From positions 3,328,001 to 3,392,000 of the forward strand of contig CAXXVL010000002.1 in assembly GCA_963667845.2 (NCBI GenBank): a DNA stretch of 64,000 nucleotides, given 5' to 3'. Made by a program: the position numbers and the translations under genes. Positions 21,816 to 31,901 of the stretch are shown here, piece by piece. The notes beneath the pieces were generated by a model. That model saw nothing but the letters and a program-made list of their open reading frames with translations. It made no database searches and was not told where the DNA came from. Numbering within the stretch: the first letter of the stretch is position 1; each line of letters starts with the position of its first letter. The DNA comes from Smithellaceae bacterium. GTDB lineage: Bacteria > Desulfobacterota > Syntrophia > Syntrophales > Smithellaceae.

Positions 21816-22495
21816 CGTGACTCCTCTTTGACCCTTAAATTGATTTCAACAGCATTTTGATTCTGATTGATCGAGTCGATCGTGTATCTTCCCGTCTTTT
21901 CGAACTCGGCCATCAAGTATTGGACATCTCCGTCCAGGCGCAAATTGAATGAAACATGCTGCCATTCCAGACGGCACGGATAGATATTCTTCACCGTCTT
22001 CGATCGGCTCAGCAAGAAAGTTCTTATGCGGTCGAAATCAGAATATTTTTTCATCCCCGCGAGGGATAAAGAAACGGAAATCAATTCCTTTTCCTTCTGA
22101 TCCTGAAGAATGCCCATCTGCAGCAGGTCCTCACGCACAGGCAACAGAGCAACAACAGCGTGCACATTCGCGGTATATTCATCATGTTGTCTGACTTCGG
22201 AAACGATTCGATAGTTCTTAATATAGCGATCGACCTTGCCGACCATGATACTTTTCACGGACTGGAATTTTTCGTCCTCATATTTATCCAGTAAGATTTT
22301 TGCCGACGCTTGCAGGATGGCTTTTTCCAGCGCATTCTTGACGGCTTCATCACGGGCGTGGGCTTCATCATTTTTGATGACCGCAGCATGCCCCTCCACC
22401 TGAAGGACCAAGTCCGTCGATACCTGATTGGCATAGGCTGAATAGCCCGAAATGCATGTCATGAATAGAATCACGAACAGGGTTGCTTTCATCAC
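21812..22495 (-). CDS. Exported protein with FlgT N-terminal-like domain
   Basis: Signal peptide; VEG.A...ARDEAVKNALEKA...YIKNYRIVSE pattern. Confidence 0.6.
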   Translation of the reverse strand: MMKATLFVILFMTCISGYSAYANQVSTDLVLQVEGHAAVIKNDEAHARDEAVKNALEKAILQASAKILLDKYEDEKFQSVKSIMVGKVDRYIKNYRIVSEVRQHDEYTANVHAVVALLPVREDLLQMGILQDQKEKELISVSLSLAGMKKYSDFDRIRTFLLSRSKTVKNIYPCRLEWQHVSFNLRLDGDVQYLMAEFEKTGRYTIDSINQNQNAVEINLRVKEESR

Positions 22496-22502
22496 TTAAA
22501 TC

Positions 22503-22859
22503 CTATCTGGAAGAATTCCCTGAACTCATAGCCTTAATTTTTTCAATTTCTTCTCTGATCACGCGCTCTGCAATAGCGGGCACAACTTCCCCGACGATTT
22601 TTTTTATTATCTCCTCGGCCCGGCTGAGGATCATTTCATTGACCTGAGAAGTCCCTAGAGTTTCGTCAAAGACATCCGTCAGCTCATGAATATTTCCACC
22701 GTTCGACTTCCCGCGTTCGTATCCCCGGCCATCTATTGCGATGATTTGCTGCGGATTTTTCCCATCCATGGCTCTTCGGCCATGTCCGTTTTGGTCGTCA
22801 TAGATTTCAGTGAGTTCGTGAATTTTTTTGCCCTGAACAGGCCCGGAATTATCAGCCAT
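22503..22859 (-). CDS. Small hypothetical protein with PopZ/RomR-like C-terminal helix
   Basis: Two IHELT(E/D) repeats and C-terminal EVVPAIAERVIREEIEKI. Start at 22859 or 22892. Confidence 0.55.
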   Translation of the reverse strand: MADNSGPVQGKKIHELTEIYDDQNGHGRRAMDGKNPQQIIAIDGRGYERGKSNGGNIHELTDVFDETLGTSQVNEMILSRAEEIIKKIVGEVVPAIAERVIREEIEKIKAMSSGNSSR

Positions 22860-22970
22860 CTTTTGTTCCTTAATTAGCGCGCTCCGTGACAATTAACAAT
22901 AAGTTTTCGGTTGTTTTACATTTCGAGTTACCATAGTGCAAAAAACTCTTCAAGCAATATGTGTACACTT

Positions 22971-23846
22971 TCAGGTTTCATTGCTCTCAGGAAACTGCTG
23001 AATTTTAATAGCGATGTCGTAAACTTTTTTTCGGGATAACCCAGTCTGCCGCACAATATCTGCAACGGCATCGCGCACCGATACAGATCCCTGGGCCAGG
23101 AGCTCCTCAAGCCTCTCCCGAATTTCATCATCGGGAAGTAAAACCTGCTCATGAAAAGATCCCTGTACGATAACTGTAAATTCCCCCTTAGCCTTATTCG
23201 CTGACCATTCCGATATCAGTTGAGAAATACGCCCACGTTTAATCTCTTCAAATGTCTTGGTTAATTCACGCGCCACAACAATCTGCCTGTCGCCCAATAT
23301 GTCATAAACAGCCTGCAGTGCAGTGGTAATTCTTGACGGGGATTCATAAAACACGATCAGTTTCTCTTCATCCTTTACAGACTCAAGGAAACGGCGGCGC
23401 TTATTTTCCTTCGGCGGCAAAAAACCGCAGAATAAGAATTGATCAGCCGGTAATCCGCAGGCAGACAGCGCGGCAACGACCGCTGAAGCCCCGGGGATCG
23501 GAACCACTCTGATTTTATTTTCCATTGCATGGTTAACGAGTCGATAACCGGGATCTGAAATACAAGGGGTTCCGGCATCGGAGACATAAGCCACACTCGT
23601 ACCGGCCTTTATTTTTGAAACAATCAGCGAACTTCTTTCCTGCTCATTATGCTCATGCAGGCTGATCAGAGGCGTTTTGACATCGTAGGCCATCATCAAA
23701 ATTCTGGAATGGCGCGTATCTTCCGCGGCGATCAGGTCAACTTCTTTCAATACGCGCAATGCCCGCAGTGTTAAATCTTCCAGATTCCCGATGGGCGTGG
23801 CCACGATGTAGAGAGTACCTTGTTTTTCAGCCGTATCTTTATTCAT
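22971..23846 (-). CDS. rsmI: 16S rRNA (cytidine1402-2'-O)-methyltransferase
   Basis: VATPIGNLED, SDAGTPCISDPG and RELTKTFEE motifs. Confidence 0.97.
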   Translation of the reverse strand: MNKDTAEKQGTLYIVATPIGNLEDLTLRALRVLKEVDLIAAEDTRHSRILMMAYDVKTPLISLHEHNEQERSSLIVSKIKAGTSVAYVSDAGTPCISDPGYRLVNHAMENKIRVVPIPGASAVVAALSACGLPADQFLFCGFLPPKENKRRRFLESVKDEEKLIVFYESPSRITTALQAVYDILGDRQIVVARELTKTFEEIKRGRISQLISEWSANKAKGEFTVIVQGSFHEQVLLPDDEIRERLEELLAQGSVSVRDAVADIVRQTGLSRKKVYDIAIKIQQFPESNET

Positions 23847-23945
23847 AAGATCTTACGTAAATACTTTTTGTTGTTGACATCTATGACTTGTTTCGGCTTT
23901 AATAGCAAAGAAAAAAAATACTATTCTGAATAAAATGTGGCCGAA

Positions 23946-24887
23946 ATGAAACGAATACTGGTTACGGGAGGCGCGGGATTTTTAGGTTCGCATTTGTGTG
24001 AACGACTTCTTAATGAGGGAAACGACATTCTGTGTCTGGATAATTTCTTTACGGGCAGTAAAAATAATATCGCCCACCTTCTGGGACGCCCGCACTTCGA
24101 ATTGATTCGTCACGACATTATTAATCCCATCTATCTGGAAGTCGATGAAATTTATAATCTGGCCTGTCCGGCATCTCCCGTCCATTATCAATTCAATCCC
24201 ATTAAAACCATCAAGACCAACGTTATGGGCGCAATCAATGTTCTGGGCATAGCCAAAAGAACCAAAGCGAAGATCCTTCAGGCATCAACGTCGGAAGTGT
24301 ATGGGGATCCGGACGTACATCCGCAAAAAGAATCTTATTGGGGACGCGTCAACCCGATCGGCATCCGCAGCTGTTATGATGAAGGTAAAAGAGCGGCTGA
24401 GTGTCTGATGATGGATTACAGGCGACAAAACGCAGTCAAGACCAAAATCGTGCGCATCTTCAATACCTATGGTCCGCGTATGGCCGTGAACGACGGACGC
24501 GTCGTTAGCAACTTTATCCTTCAGGCTCTGCAGGGAAAAGACATCACGGTTTACGGCGACGGTCACCATACCCGTTCATTTTGTTATTGCGACGATTTAA
24601 TTGACGGGTTGGTCAGGATGATGAATACCGATGATGATTTTTTTGGACCGGTTAACATCGGTAATCCGGGTGAATTTACTATCCTGCAATTGGCCCGGAT
24701 GGTTATTGATTTAACGGGTAGTAGCTCCAAAATTGACTTTCAAACGCTACCGGCAGACGATCCGGCACAACGTAGGCCCGACATAGCACTTGCAGAACAT
24801 AAACTGGGATGGCACCCGGCGATACCGCTTGAGCAGGGTCTCGTTTCTACTATTCAATATTTCCGCGATATCTTAAAATCATCTTAA
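23946..24887 (+). CDS. UDP-glucuronate decarboxylase (UDP-xylose synthase)
   Basis: [32 protein letters not shown] and DDP..R.PDI motifs. TTGACA-N18-TTTAAT promoter-like site at 23874-23903. Confidence 0.92.
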   Translation: MKRILVTGGAGFLGSHLCERLLNEGNDILCLDNFFTGSKNNIAHLLGRPHFELIRHDIINPIYLEVDEIYNLACPASPVHYQFNPIKTIKTNVMGAINVLGIAKRTKAKILQASTSEVYGDPDVHPQKESYWGRVNPIGIRSCYDEGKRAAECLMMDYRRQNAVKTKIVRIFNTYGPRMAVNDGRVVSNFILQALQGKDITVYGDGHHTRSFCYCDDLIDGLVRMMNTDDDFFGPVNIGNPGEFTILQLARMVIDLTGSSSKIDFQTLPADDPAQRRPDIALAEHKLGWHPAIPLEQGLVSTIQYFRDILKSS

Positions 24888-24910
24888 ACTATAGAGGTAA
24901 GTTCAGGACT

Positions 24911-26287
24911 ATGAAATTTAACAAAAAAATTCTTTGCATTGGAGCGGGCTACGTCGGAGCTCCGTCGATGATCATGATCGCTTGCAAATGCCCGGACTAC
25001 AAAGTCACTGTAGTGGATATCAACAGTCAACGGATCAACGCCTGGAACTCCGATCGGTTGCCGGTTTATGAACCGGGTCTCGATAAACTTATACAACAAT
25101 CACGCGGTAGAAATTTATTTTTTTCGACAGATGTCGAAAAAGGAATAGCAGAAAATGACATCATTTTCGTCTGTGTCAATACACCCACAAAAACGTTTGG
25201 AGCCGGCGCCGGCATGGCCGCCGATCTGCAGTACTGGGAAAAAACGGCGAGACAAATTCTCGATAATTCTCAATCATCAAAGATCGTGATTGAAAAAAGC
25301 ACCCTCCCCATCAAAACCGCGCTGGCTATGGAGCGAATCCTGGCTTCGGGTAAGGGAAAGATAACCTTTGATGTTCTCTCCAATCCTGAATTCATGGCGG
25401 AGGGAACGGCGATCACGGACCTCGAAAATCCCGACCGCGTGTTAATCGGCTCACGTGATACGGAAAGCGGCCTTGCTGCCCGTGCACAATTGGTGGATAT
25501 TTATTCGCGCTGGGTATCACCCGAAAGAATTATCACGTCCAACATCTGGAGCGCCGAACTCTCCAAGCTGGTGGCCAACGCTTTTCTGGCGCAACGCGTG
25601 TCGTCCATTAACGCCATATCGGCGCTTTGCGAAAAGACCGATGCCGATATATCCGAGGTGGCCAGAGCCGTGGGCACCGACAGCCGCATCGGCTCTAAAT
25701 TTCTTAAAGCCGGTATCGGCTTTGGCGGTTCCTGCTTTAAGAAAGATATTCTGAACCTTGTTTATCTCTGTCACTTTTATGGCCTGCCGGACGTTGCAGC
25801 CTACTGGGAGAGCGTCGTCACAATCAATGAATATCAGCAGGATCGCTTCGTTGCCAACATACTTCAATCGATGTTTAACACCCTGGCCGGAAAAAAAATC
25901 TGCGTTCTGGGATTTGCGTTTAAGGCTGATACCGGAGACACGCGGGAAAGCCCGGCCATCTACGTCACGCGCAAGTTGCTTGCTGAACATGCCGAAGTCG
26001 TCATCTCCGACCCCAGAGCTCTGGACAATGCCGCTGCAGACCTGGCGAACGATGCAGGGACGATCAGCTATGTTGAAGACCCCTATGAGGCAGCGGCCGG
26101 ATGCCACGCGCTCGTGATTATGACAGACTGGGATTCATACAGGAAACTGGACTACCGCAAAATCTACAAATCGATGATCAAACCGGCATTTATATTTGAT
26201 GGACGGAATATCATCGATGCGCCGCTGTGCTTCGAAATCGGGTTTAACGTATTCCCCATCGGAAAGCCGGCGTTGAGTCGTCTTTGA
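24911..26287 (+). CDS. ugd: UDP-glucose 6-dehydrogenase, eukaryote-like clade
   Basis: GAGYVG, EKST, NPEF, ELSKL.ANAFLAQR.SSIN and GFGGSCFKKD motifs. Confidence 0.92.
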   Translation: MKFNKKILCIGAGYVGAPSMIMIACKCPDYKVTVVDINSQRINAWNSDRLPVYEPGLDKLIQQSRGRNLFFSTDVEKGIAENDIIFVCVNTPTKTFGAGAGMAADLQYWEKTARQILDNSQSSKIVIEKSTLPIKTALAMERILASGKGKITFDVLSNPEFMAEGTAITDLENPDRVLIGSRDTESGLAARAQLVDIYSRWVSPERIITSNIWSAELSKLVANAFLAQRVSSINAISALCEKTDADISEVARAVGTDSRIGSKFLKAGIGFGGSCFKKDILNLVYLCHFYGLPDVAAYWESVVTINEYQQDRFVANILQSMFNTLAGKKICVLGFAFKADTGDTRESPAIYVTRKLLAEHAEVVISDPRALDNAAADLANDAGTISYVEDPYEAAAGCHALVIMTDWDSYRKLDYRKIYKSMIKPAFIFDGRNIIDAPLCFEIGFNVFPIGKPALSRL

Positions 26288-26412
26288 TCCCGATTCTGAT
26301 TTGAAACGCTCTTCTCGTCGGCTATTCGGTGCCTTTCCCGGAAACGAATAAATCTTGCTGCCCTGCGCTTCAAGGCATTTCAGGCCATTCATGACCGCGA
26401 AAAAATCGGCCT

Positions 26413-26796
26413 TCAGGAAGAAATAAATTCAAAAGCGTTTTTAATCAAACGAATGTCATGTCCCGACGGTAAGGAGAGGATCGCGACGACATCAAAACGG
26501 GCACAGGTTTTATCTAATTTCTTTTCCTGAAGATACCACAAGGCCAGTTGCGACATTTTTCTCTGCTTTTTGTTACCCACCGCTTCTTCCGGATAACCCA
26601 GCGCATCGGACTTTCTGGATTTTACTTCCACAAATACCACATCATTTCTGTCATGAGCGATTATATCGATTTCACCGATCGGGCAGCGATAATTGAGTTC
26701 GTCGATACGGTAGCCGTTCTTTTTCAAATAGTCAGCGGCAATCTTTTCTCCGGCTTTCCCGATATCGATTTTCCGTACGTCTTTCTTATCGGCCAT
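26413..26796 (-). CDS. YraN family putative endonuclease
   Basis: GEIDIIA, VFVEVK and RFDVVAI motifs. Confidence 0.93.
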   Translation of the reverse strand: MADKKDVRKIDIGKAGEKIAADYLKKNGYRIDELNYRCPIGEIDIIAHDRNDVVFVEVKSRKSDALGYPEEAVGNKKQRKMSQLALWYLQEKKLDKTCARFDVVAILSLPSGHDIRLIKNAFEFISS

Positions 26797-27416
26797 CAGG
26801 ACCAATCCAGAATCGTTTGATGAATGTCTCCATTCTTTAAATGAAAAGACCGGCGATGTATCTTACACATACCGATCTCCTGTAATATTTTTCGGTGCTC
26901 GGCGGTTCCGTATCCTTTGTTTTGCAAAAAATTATATTGGGGAAACTGGCGGTGATACATTTCCATGATCCGGTCCCGCGAAACTTTGGCGATGATGGAA
27001 GCAGCGGCAATCGACACGCTCAATCCATCACCTTTCACCAGCGCTTTCTGCGGCATATCGATGGCAATCGTATATAAACCGTCAATGAGAATGTAATCCG
27101 GGGTGATGGACAGATCCACAACCGCTTCGCACATTGCCTGGAGCGAAGCCCTGAGAATATTGATCCGATCAATGACGTCGGCCTCGGCAACGCCCACACC
27201 TACAGCCAGTGCATCTTTTGAGATCACCTTGTAAAGTTCGTCTCTTTTGTTGACGGTTAATGTCTTGGAATCGTTAATTTCGGAATTTTGGTACGCTGGG
27301 GGGAAAATGACTGCGGCAGCGACGACGGGCCCGGCGAGCGGCCCCCGGCCTGCTTCGTCGACACCCGCAATGCATCGGTAGCCTTCACAATAAGCGAGCT
27401 TTTCGAAAGTGTCCAT
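26796..27416 (-). CDS. rnhB: Ribonuclease HII
   Basis: GVDEAGRGPLAGPV, DSK and IAAASIIAKVSRD motifs. Confidence 0.98.
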   Translation of the reverse strand: MDTFEKLAYCEGYRCIAGVDEAGRGPLAGPVVAAAVIFPPAYQNSEINDSKTLTVNKRDELYKVISKDALAVGVGVAEADVIDRINILRASLQAMCEAVVDLSITPDYILIDGLYTIAIDMPQKALVKGDGLSVSIAAASIIAKVSRDRIMEMYHRQFPQYNFLQNKGYGTAEHRKILQEIGMCKIHRRSFHLKNGDIHQTILDWS

Positions 27417-27578
27417 CGCAAAAAGATGTAAAGGAACCTTTCTGCCTGACTGAGCTTGCGCATCTCCTGCAACAAGCTCAGTCTGTTGAACTATTCAGTG
27501 ATCCGGTATTAAATGACCTCCGGGTTCAAGTGATCCTCATGGCCAAACTGCGCCTGTTGACAGCCAGGATGAAAAAAA

Positions 27579-27926
27579 TCAATTATTGGCCGCTTCTTTG
27601 ATCCTTGCTTTTTTACCCCTCAGGTTTCTTAAATAATAAAGGCGTGAGCGGCGCACCAAACCCTTGCTAACGACTTCGACGTGGTCAATGACCGGCGAAT
27701 GCATAGGGAATGTCCTTTCCACACCCACCCCGTAGGAAACTTTTCGAACAGTGAAATTTGCCCGGCTGTTGCCACGACGTTTACGGATAACAACTCCCTC
27801 AAAAGCCTGGATTCTCTGTTTCTGGCCTTCAATGATGCGCACATATACTTTAACGGTGTCACCCGCCTTAAAGGAAGGGATATCCCCCCTCATTTGTTCT
27901 TTTTCAATCATCTCCAAAACATTCAT
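27579..27926 (-). CDS. rplS: 50S ribosomal protein L19
   Basis: [15 protein letters not shown] and LYYLR motifs. Confidence 0.99.
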   Translation of the reverse strand: MNVLEMIEKEQMRGDIPSFKAGDTVKVYVRIIEGQKQRIQAFEGVVIRKRRGNSRANFTVRKVSYGVGVERTFPMHSPVIDHVEVVSKGLVRRSRLYYLRNLRGKKARIKEAANN

Positions 27927-27963
27927 TTTATATTTCCTCCCGCGATATTCGCAATATTTGTTA

Positions 27964-28545
27964 TTAAGTTGTATCTATAATTCTGTCCAAAATAACGGCA
28001 ACCGCTGACCGAACTGCCAGGTGATTGTAACCGTCTTTCCCTCGAATCGACTCAAGACGATGGTCCGCCTGGTTTACGATTTCATCTGCAATACCCGAAC
28101 CTGTACCAAAAATTAAGAGATAAGGCAAATAATTACTTTTAATGGCTTCTCTGAGTTCGCGGCATGACAGTAACTCACCCTGAAAGTTAGCTCCCGTAAC
28201 AATGATTTGCGGCTTGCAATGATTCAGCGCTCCAATTTCCTCAACCACTTCACCCAAATCAGATTTGATTTTAATTTTTTCGAAAGCGTCTTTTCTGAAT
28301 GGATTGTGAGTCGCACCGTAGCCCGTCCTCCAGTGGTCAATAATTTGGCTGGCCAGATTACGTTGAGCTTCAATCGGATTAATCAGGTAGAAAGTCTCGA
28401 CACCATAAGTTTTCGCCAATCTAGATATATCGTGAACATCCATGTTGGCAATCGCTGTGGCAACCACTTTTCTGTCTTTATTGATAACCGGATAATGTAA
28501 AAGAGCTATGTATACCTTACTGGCTTTCGGGAGCCGATCTCTCAT
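27964..28545 (-). CDS. SPOUT RNA methyltransferase (DUF2168/Tm1570-like)
   Basis: ALLHYPV, D.HDISR, FGTGSG and YNHLAVRSA motifs; next to trmD. Confidence 0.85.
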   Translation of the reverse strand: MRDRLPKASKVYIALLHYPVINKDRKVVATAIANMDVHDISRLAKTYGVETFYLINPIEAQRNLASQIIDHWRTGYGATHNPFRKDAFEKIKIKSDLGEVVEEIGALNHCKPQIIVTGANFQGELLSCRELREAIKSNYLPYLLIFGTGSGIADEIVNQADHRLESIRGKDGYNHLAVRSAVAVILDRIIDTT

Positions 28546-28612
28546 AAAAAAAGCCCCCCCGACTTAAAAAAAGTTGATTTAACTACCTCAAACGCATCTG
28601 AAAATCAAGCCT

Positions 28613-29350
28613 TTATATCTGACCGAGCTTAATTTTTTCCAGGTTTTTTTTGTCTTCAGGGGACAGCTCGGCTATTTCGAGCAAATCGGGTCTTCTTTGC
28701 CAAGTCCTCTTGAGCGATTCGATTCTTTGCCAGCGCTCAATCTGGGCATGATTTCCGGATGCCAGGACCTCGGGAACATTCCAGCCCTTGTACTGTGCAG
28801 GCCTTGTGTACTGAGGATATTCCAAAAGGCCTAGGGAAAAAGATTCTCTCGTGGCAGATGCATCATTTCCCAGCACACCAGGAATCAACCTTGATACGGC
28901 ATCAATGACAACCAGAGCCGAAAGCTCCCCTCCGGTTAATATATAATCACCAATCGATATTTCCCGGTCGACCAGATGCGCACGAATTCGCTCATCCACT
29001 CCTTCATAGCGTCCGCAAATCATGATCAGCTGCTTTTGTCCGGCCAGCTCGGCGGCCATCTTCTGATTAAATGTTTCTCCCTGCGGCGTCATTAAAACAA
29101 CGAGCGATTCAACGCCTGAGCGTTTCACTGCCTTCAGGGCCCGTTCCACAGGCTCGACTTTCATGACCATCCCACAGCCGCCGCCATAAGGCGCGTCGTC
29201 CGTCATGCAATGTTTATCTTCCGCCCAATCGCGAATGTTATGCAGTCCGATTTCAATCAGCCCTTTTTCCTGAGCTTTTTTTAGAAGACTGAATTGAAGG
29301 GGAGACTGCAACATTTCCGGGAATATGGACAAGACATCAAAGCGAATCAC
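28613..29350 (-). CDS. trmD: tRNA (guanine37-N1)-methyltransferase
   Basis: [19 protein letters not shown] and [11 protein letters not shown] motifs. Confidence 0.99.
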   Translation of the reverse strand: MIRFDVLSIFPEMLQSPLQFSLLKKAQEKGLIEIGLHNIRDWAEDKHCMTDDAPYGGGCGMVMKVEPVERALKAVKRSGVESLVVLMTPQGETFNQKMAAELAGQKQLIMICGRYEGVDERIRAHLVDREISIGDYILTGGELSALVVIDAVSRLIPGVLGNDASATRESFSLGLLEYPQYTRPAQYKGWNVPEVLASGNHAQIERWQRIESLKRTWQRRPDLLEIAELSPEDKKNLEKIKLGQI

Positions 29351-29853
29351 GGTTGCAGGCCTTCCAGCGATTTTACGATTATTCTGTGCGAGACAAGGTC
29401 TATTTTATCTATGGCATCCGCTGTGGCCGGTATGAGCAATTCTCCATTGATTCCGCGGCAAACATAAACATCATTGCTGCCCGTCGGGAAAATTGATTCT
29501 ATCTGGCCGAGATGACGACCTTCCGGAGTATAAACATCAAGCCCGATGACGTCCTGCCAGTAATACTCGTCTTCCGGCAGGTCACCGAGCATATCCCGGG
29601 GCAAAAGAAGCTTTGAGCCCACTAACGCTTGAGCCGTGTCCACATCGGAGAAGCCCGTCAATTCCAGAAACAGAAACTTCCCTTTAGGATCAAGTACTTT
29701 GATTTCGTAACGACTTTTTTGTCCGGACTTTGATTCGAGATAAACGAAATCAAGTCCGTCCAAAATATTTGGTGATTCCAAGAAGGATAGTGCTTTGAGG
29801 CAGCCTTTGAGACCGTGCGTTTTGACGATCTCCCCAAAAACAAAGAAATCCAT
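29347..29853 (-). CDS. rimM: 16S rRNA processing protein RimM
   Basis: [19 protein letters not shown] and TGSNDV motifs; operon context. Confidence 0.95.
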   Translation of the reverse strand: MDFFVFGEIVKTHGLKGCLKALSFLESPNILDGLDFVYLESKSGQKSRYEIKVLDPKGKFLFLELTGFSDVDTAQALVGSKLLLPRDMLGDLPEDEYYWQDVIGLDVYTPEGRHLGQIESIFPTGSNDVYVCRGINGELLIPATADAIDKIDLVSHRIIVKSLEGLQP

Positions 29854-29856
29854 CTC

Positions 29857-30087
29857 TTATTCAATAATTTCCAGAACAGCCCTCTTATGCACCTTGGCGG
29901 AGGTGGCGCTCAAGATCGTGCGGATGGCTTTGGCTGTCCTTCCTTGCTTGCCGATGACTTTTCCCAAGTCCTCTTTTGCAACGCGCAACTCTATAACAGA
30001 CGTCTGTTCGCCGATGACTTCAGTTACTTCCACTTTATCGGGATTATCAACTAAAGCTTGAGAGATGTACTTAATCAATTCCTTCAT
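29857..30087 (-). CDS. khpA: KH-domain RNA-binding protein KhpA
   Basis: [17 protein letters not shown] motif; start after GGAGG. Confidence 0.93.
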   Translation of the reverse strand: MKELIKYISQALVDNPDKVEVTEVIGEQTSVIELRVAKEDLGKVIGKQGRTAKAIRTILSATSAKVHKRAVLEIIE

Positions 30088-30225
30088 CGTCAGCACCTCC
30101 ATTGGTTTTTAGTTAAGGCTTCTGGAAAATGGAAAATTCGCTTCAGTATTCACACTTAAACTAATTTAACTGATGTGAGGCGAAAGTCAATATCTCGTAC
30201 CTTTACAAATAACACAACAGATTTG

Positions 30226-30480
30226 CTACTTAACGGAGGCTTCAATGCCCTTTGTTTTCAATAAATGAGATACGGTCAGTGTAGGTTTCGCACCCTTTGA
30301 CAACCAATCACGAACACGGTCTTCTTTTAAAGATATTTCTGCGGGATTCTTCTTGGGATCGTAATTCCCTAATATTTCTAAAAATTTTCCATCGCGTGGA
30401 TATTCCTTATCCGCAGCTACAATGCGATAGAACGGTTTGCCCTTAGCACCCATACGCGTTAATCTGATTTTGACTGCCAT
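30226..30480 (-). CDS. rpsP: 30S ribosomal protein S16
   Basis: MAVKIRL.RMG...PFYRIV pattern. Confidence 0.99.
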   Translation of the reverse strand: MAVKIRLTRMGAKGKPFYRIVAADKEYPRDGKFLEILGNYDPKKNPAEISLKEDRVRDWLSKGAKPTLTVSHLLKTKGIEASVK

Positions 30481-30548
30481 TTAGTTTTACTCCAAACCTC
30501 CTTCAAAAGAACAATAATTTAATTTTTTCTATCATAGTTTATTTTATT

Positions 30549-31877
30549 TTAAAAGGGGAAATTCCTCATCAAAGATTTTATCCCGCCTTTTTGATTTACT
30601 TTTTTCATCATTTTACGAATCTCAATATAGTTTTTTAAAAGCCGGTTGACATCCTGCACGGTCGTTCCGCTGCCTAAAGCGATTCTTTTGCGCCGGCGGC
30701 CGTCAATGATCAGATAGTTGGCTCGTTCTTTCCTGGTCATGGAATCAATCATGGCCGTAATTTTAACCAGTTCCCCGTCATCCGGCTCCACATCTTTGAG
30801 GGCTTTGATTTTGCTCATCCCCGGAATCATCCCCATCATGTCTTTCAACGAACCCATTTTTTTGATTTGTTGAAGCTGATTGCGGAAATCGTCCAGTGAA
30901 AAATCGCTTTTTCGAAGACTCTGCTGCATTTCCCGGGCGGTTTTTTCATCAATGCTGGCCTGCGCTTTTTCCACCAGTGATAAGATATCCCCCATTCCGA
31001 GAATCCGGGAAGCCATTCTCTCCGGATGAAACACCTCCAGTGCATCAATCTTCTCTCCGACGCCGACAAATTTGAGGGGTTTGCCGACCACGGCTTTGAG
31101 AGACAAGGCCGCACCCCCGCGTGCATCGCCATCCATTTTGGTCATAATAACGCCGTCAATTCCGATCAGTTCATTAAATTTTGATCCGACGTTTACGGCA
31201 TCCTGACCCGTCATCGCGTCAGCGACGTAAAGAATTTCCGCAGGAGCGACCTTATCCTTAATTTTACGAAGCTCGTCCATCAGCAAATCGTCAATATGCA
31301 AGCGGCCCGCTGTGTCGATAATGACGACTTCGTAACCTTCTCTTTTTGCCTGTTCAAGTGCTTCTATGCAAATTTTGACCGGATCGCGAAGCGTACCGGC
31401 GTCGAACACACCCACGTTAATCTGTCTGCCTAAAACAGCCAACTGCTCCATCGCCGCGGGGCGGTAAACGTCAACAGAGACCAGATAGACTCTCTTTTCT
31501 CTGGACAGCAGTCTGGCCAGTTTGGCCGCCGTCGTCGTTTTTCCACAACCCTGCAGGCCGACAAGCATGATCGCAGCAGGAATCCTGGAGCCGAATTTAA
31601 TATTCGCGCTTGTACTGCCCATTAATTCGACGAGACGATCGTGGACGATCTTAACCACCTGTTGTCCCGGCGTAATACTTTCGAGTACCTCTTTGCCGAT
31701 GGCGCGCGCGCGCACATCCTCAATAAAATCCTTAACCACCTTGAAGTTAACATCTGCTTCCAGGAGTGCCATACGGATTTCCTTGAGTGCGGCATTCACG
31801 CTTTCCTCATTGAGTACGCCGCGTCCTTTGAGCTTCTTGAAAATACCTTCCAGTTTTTCCGCTAAATTCTCGAACAT
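30549..31877 (-). CDS. ffh: Signal recognition particle protein
   Basis: GLQGCGKTTT, DTAGRL, DGDARGG and RILGMGD motifs. Confidence 0.99.
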   Translation of the reverse strand: MFENLAEKLEGIFKKLKGRGVLNEESVNAALKEIRMALLEADVNFKVVKDFIEDVRARAIGKEVLESITPGQQVVKIVHDRLVELMGSTSANIKFGSRIPAAIMLVGLQGCGKTTTAAKLARLLSREKRVYLVSVDVYRPAAMEQLAVLGRQINVGVFDAGTLRDPVKICIEALEQAKREGYEVVIIDTAGRLHIDDLLMDELRKIKDKVAPAEILYVADAMTGQDAVNVGSKFNELIGIDGVIMTKMDGDARGGAALSLKAVVGKPLKFVGVGEKIDALEVFHPERMASRILGMGDILSLVEKAQASIDEKTAREMQQSLRKSDFSLDDFRNQLQQIKKMGSLKDMMGMIPGMSKIKALKDVEPDDGELVKITAMIDSMTRKERANYLIIDGRRRKRIALGSGTTVQDVNRLLKNYIEIRKMMKKVNQKGGIKSLMRNFPF

Positions 31878-31901
31878 ACTTAAAACCTTTATTGATTGTT
31901 T

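Noticed and set aside
27420..27578. 6S RNA candidate
   Set aside because: It does not form one long rod with a central bubble and lacks the usual zapA/ygfA context.
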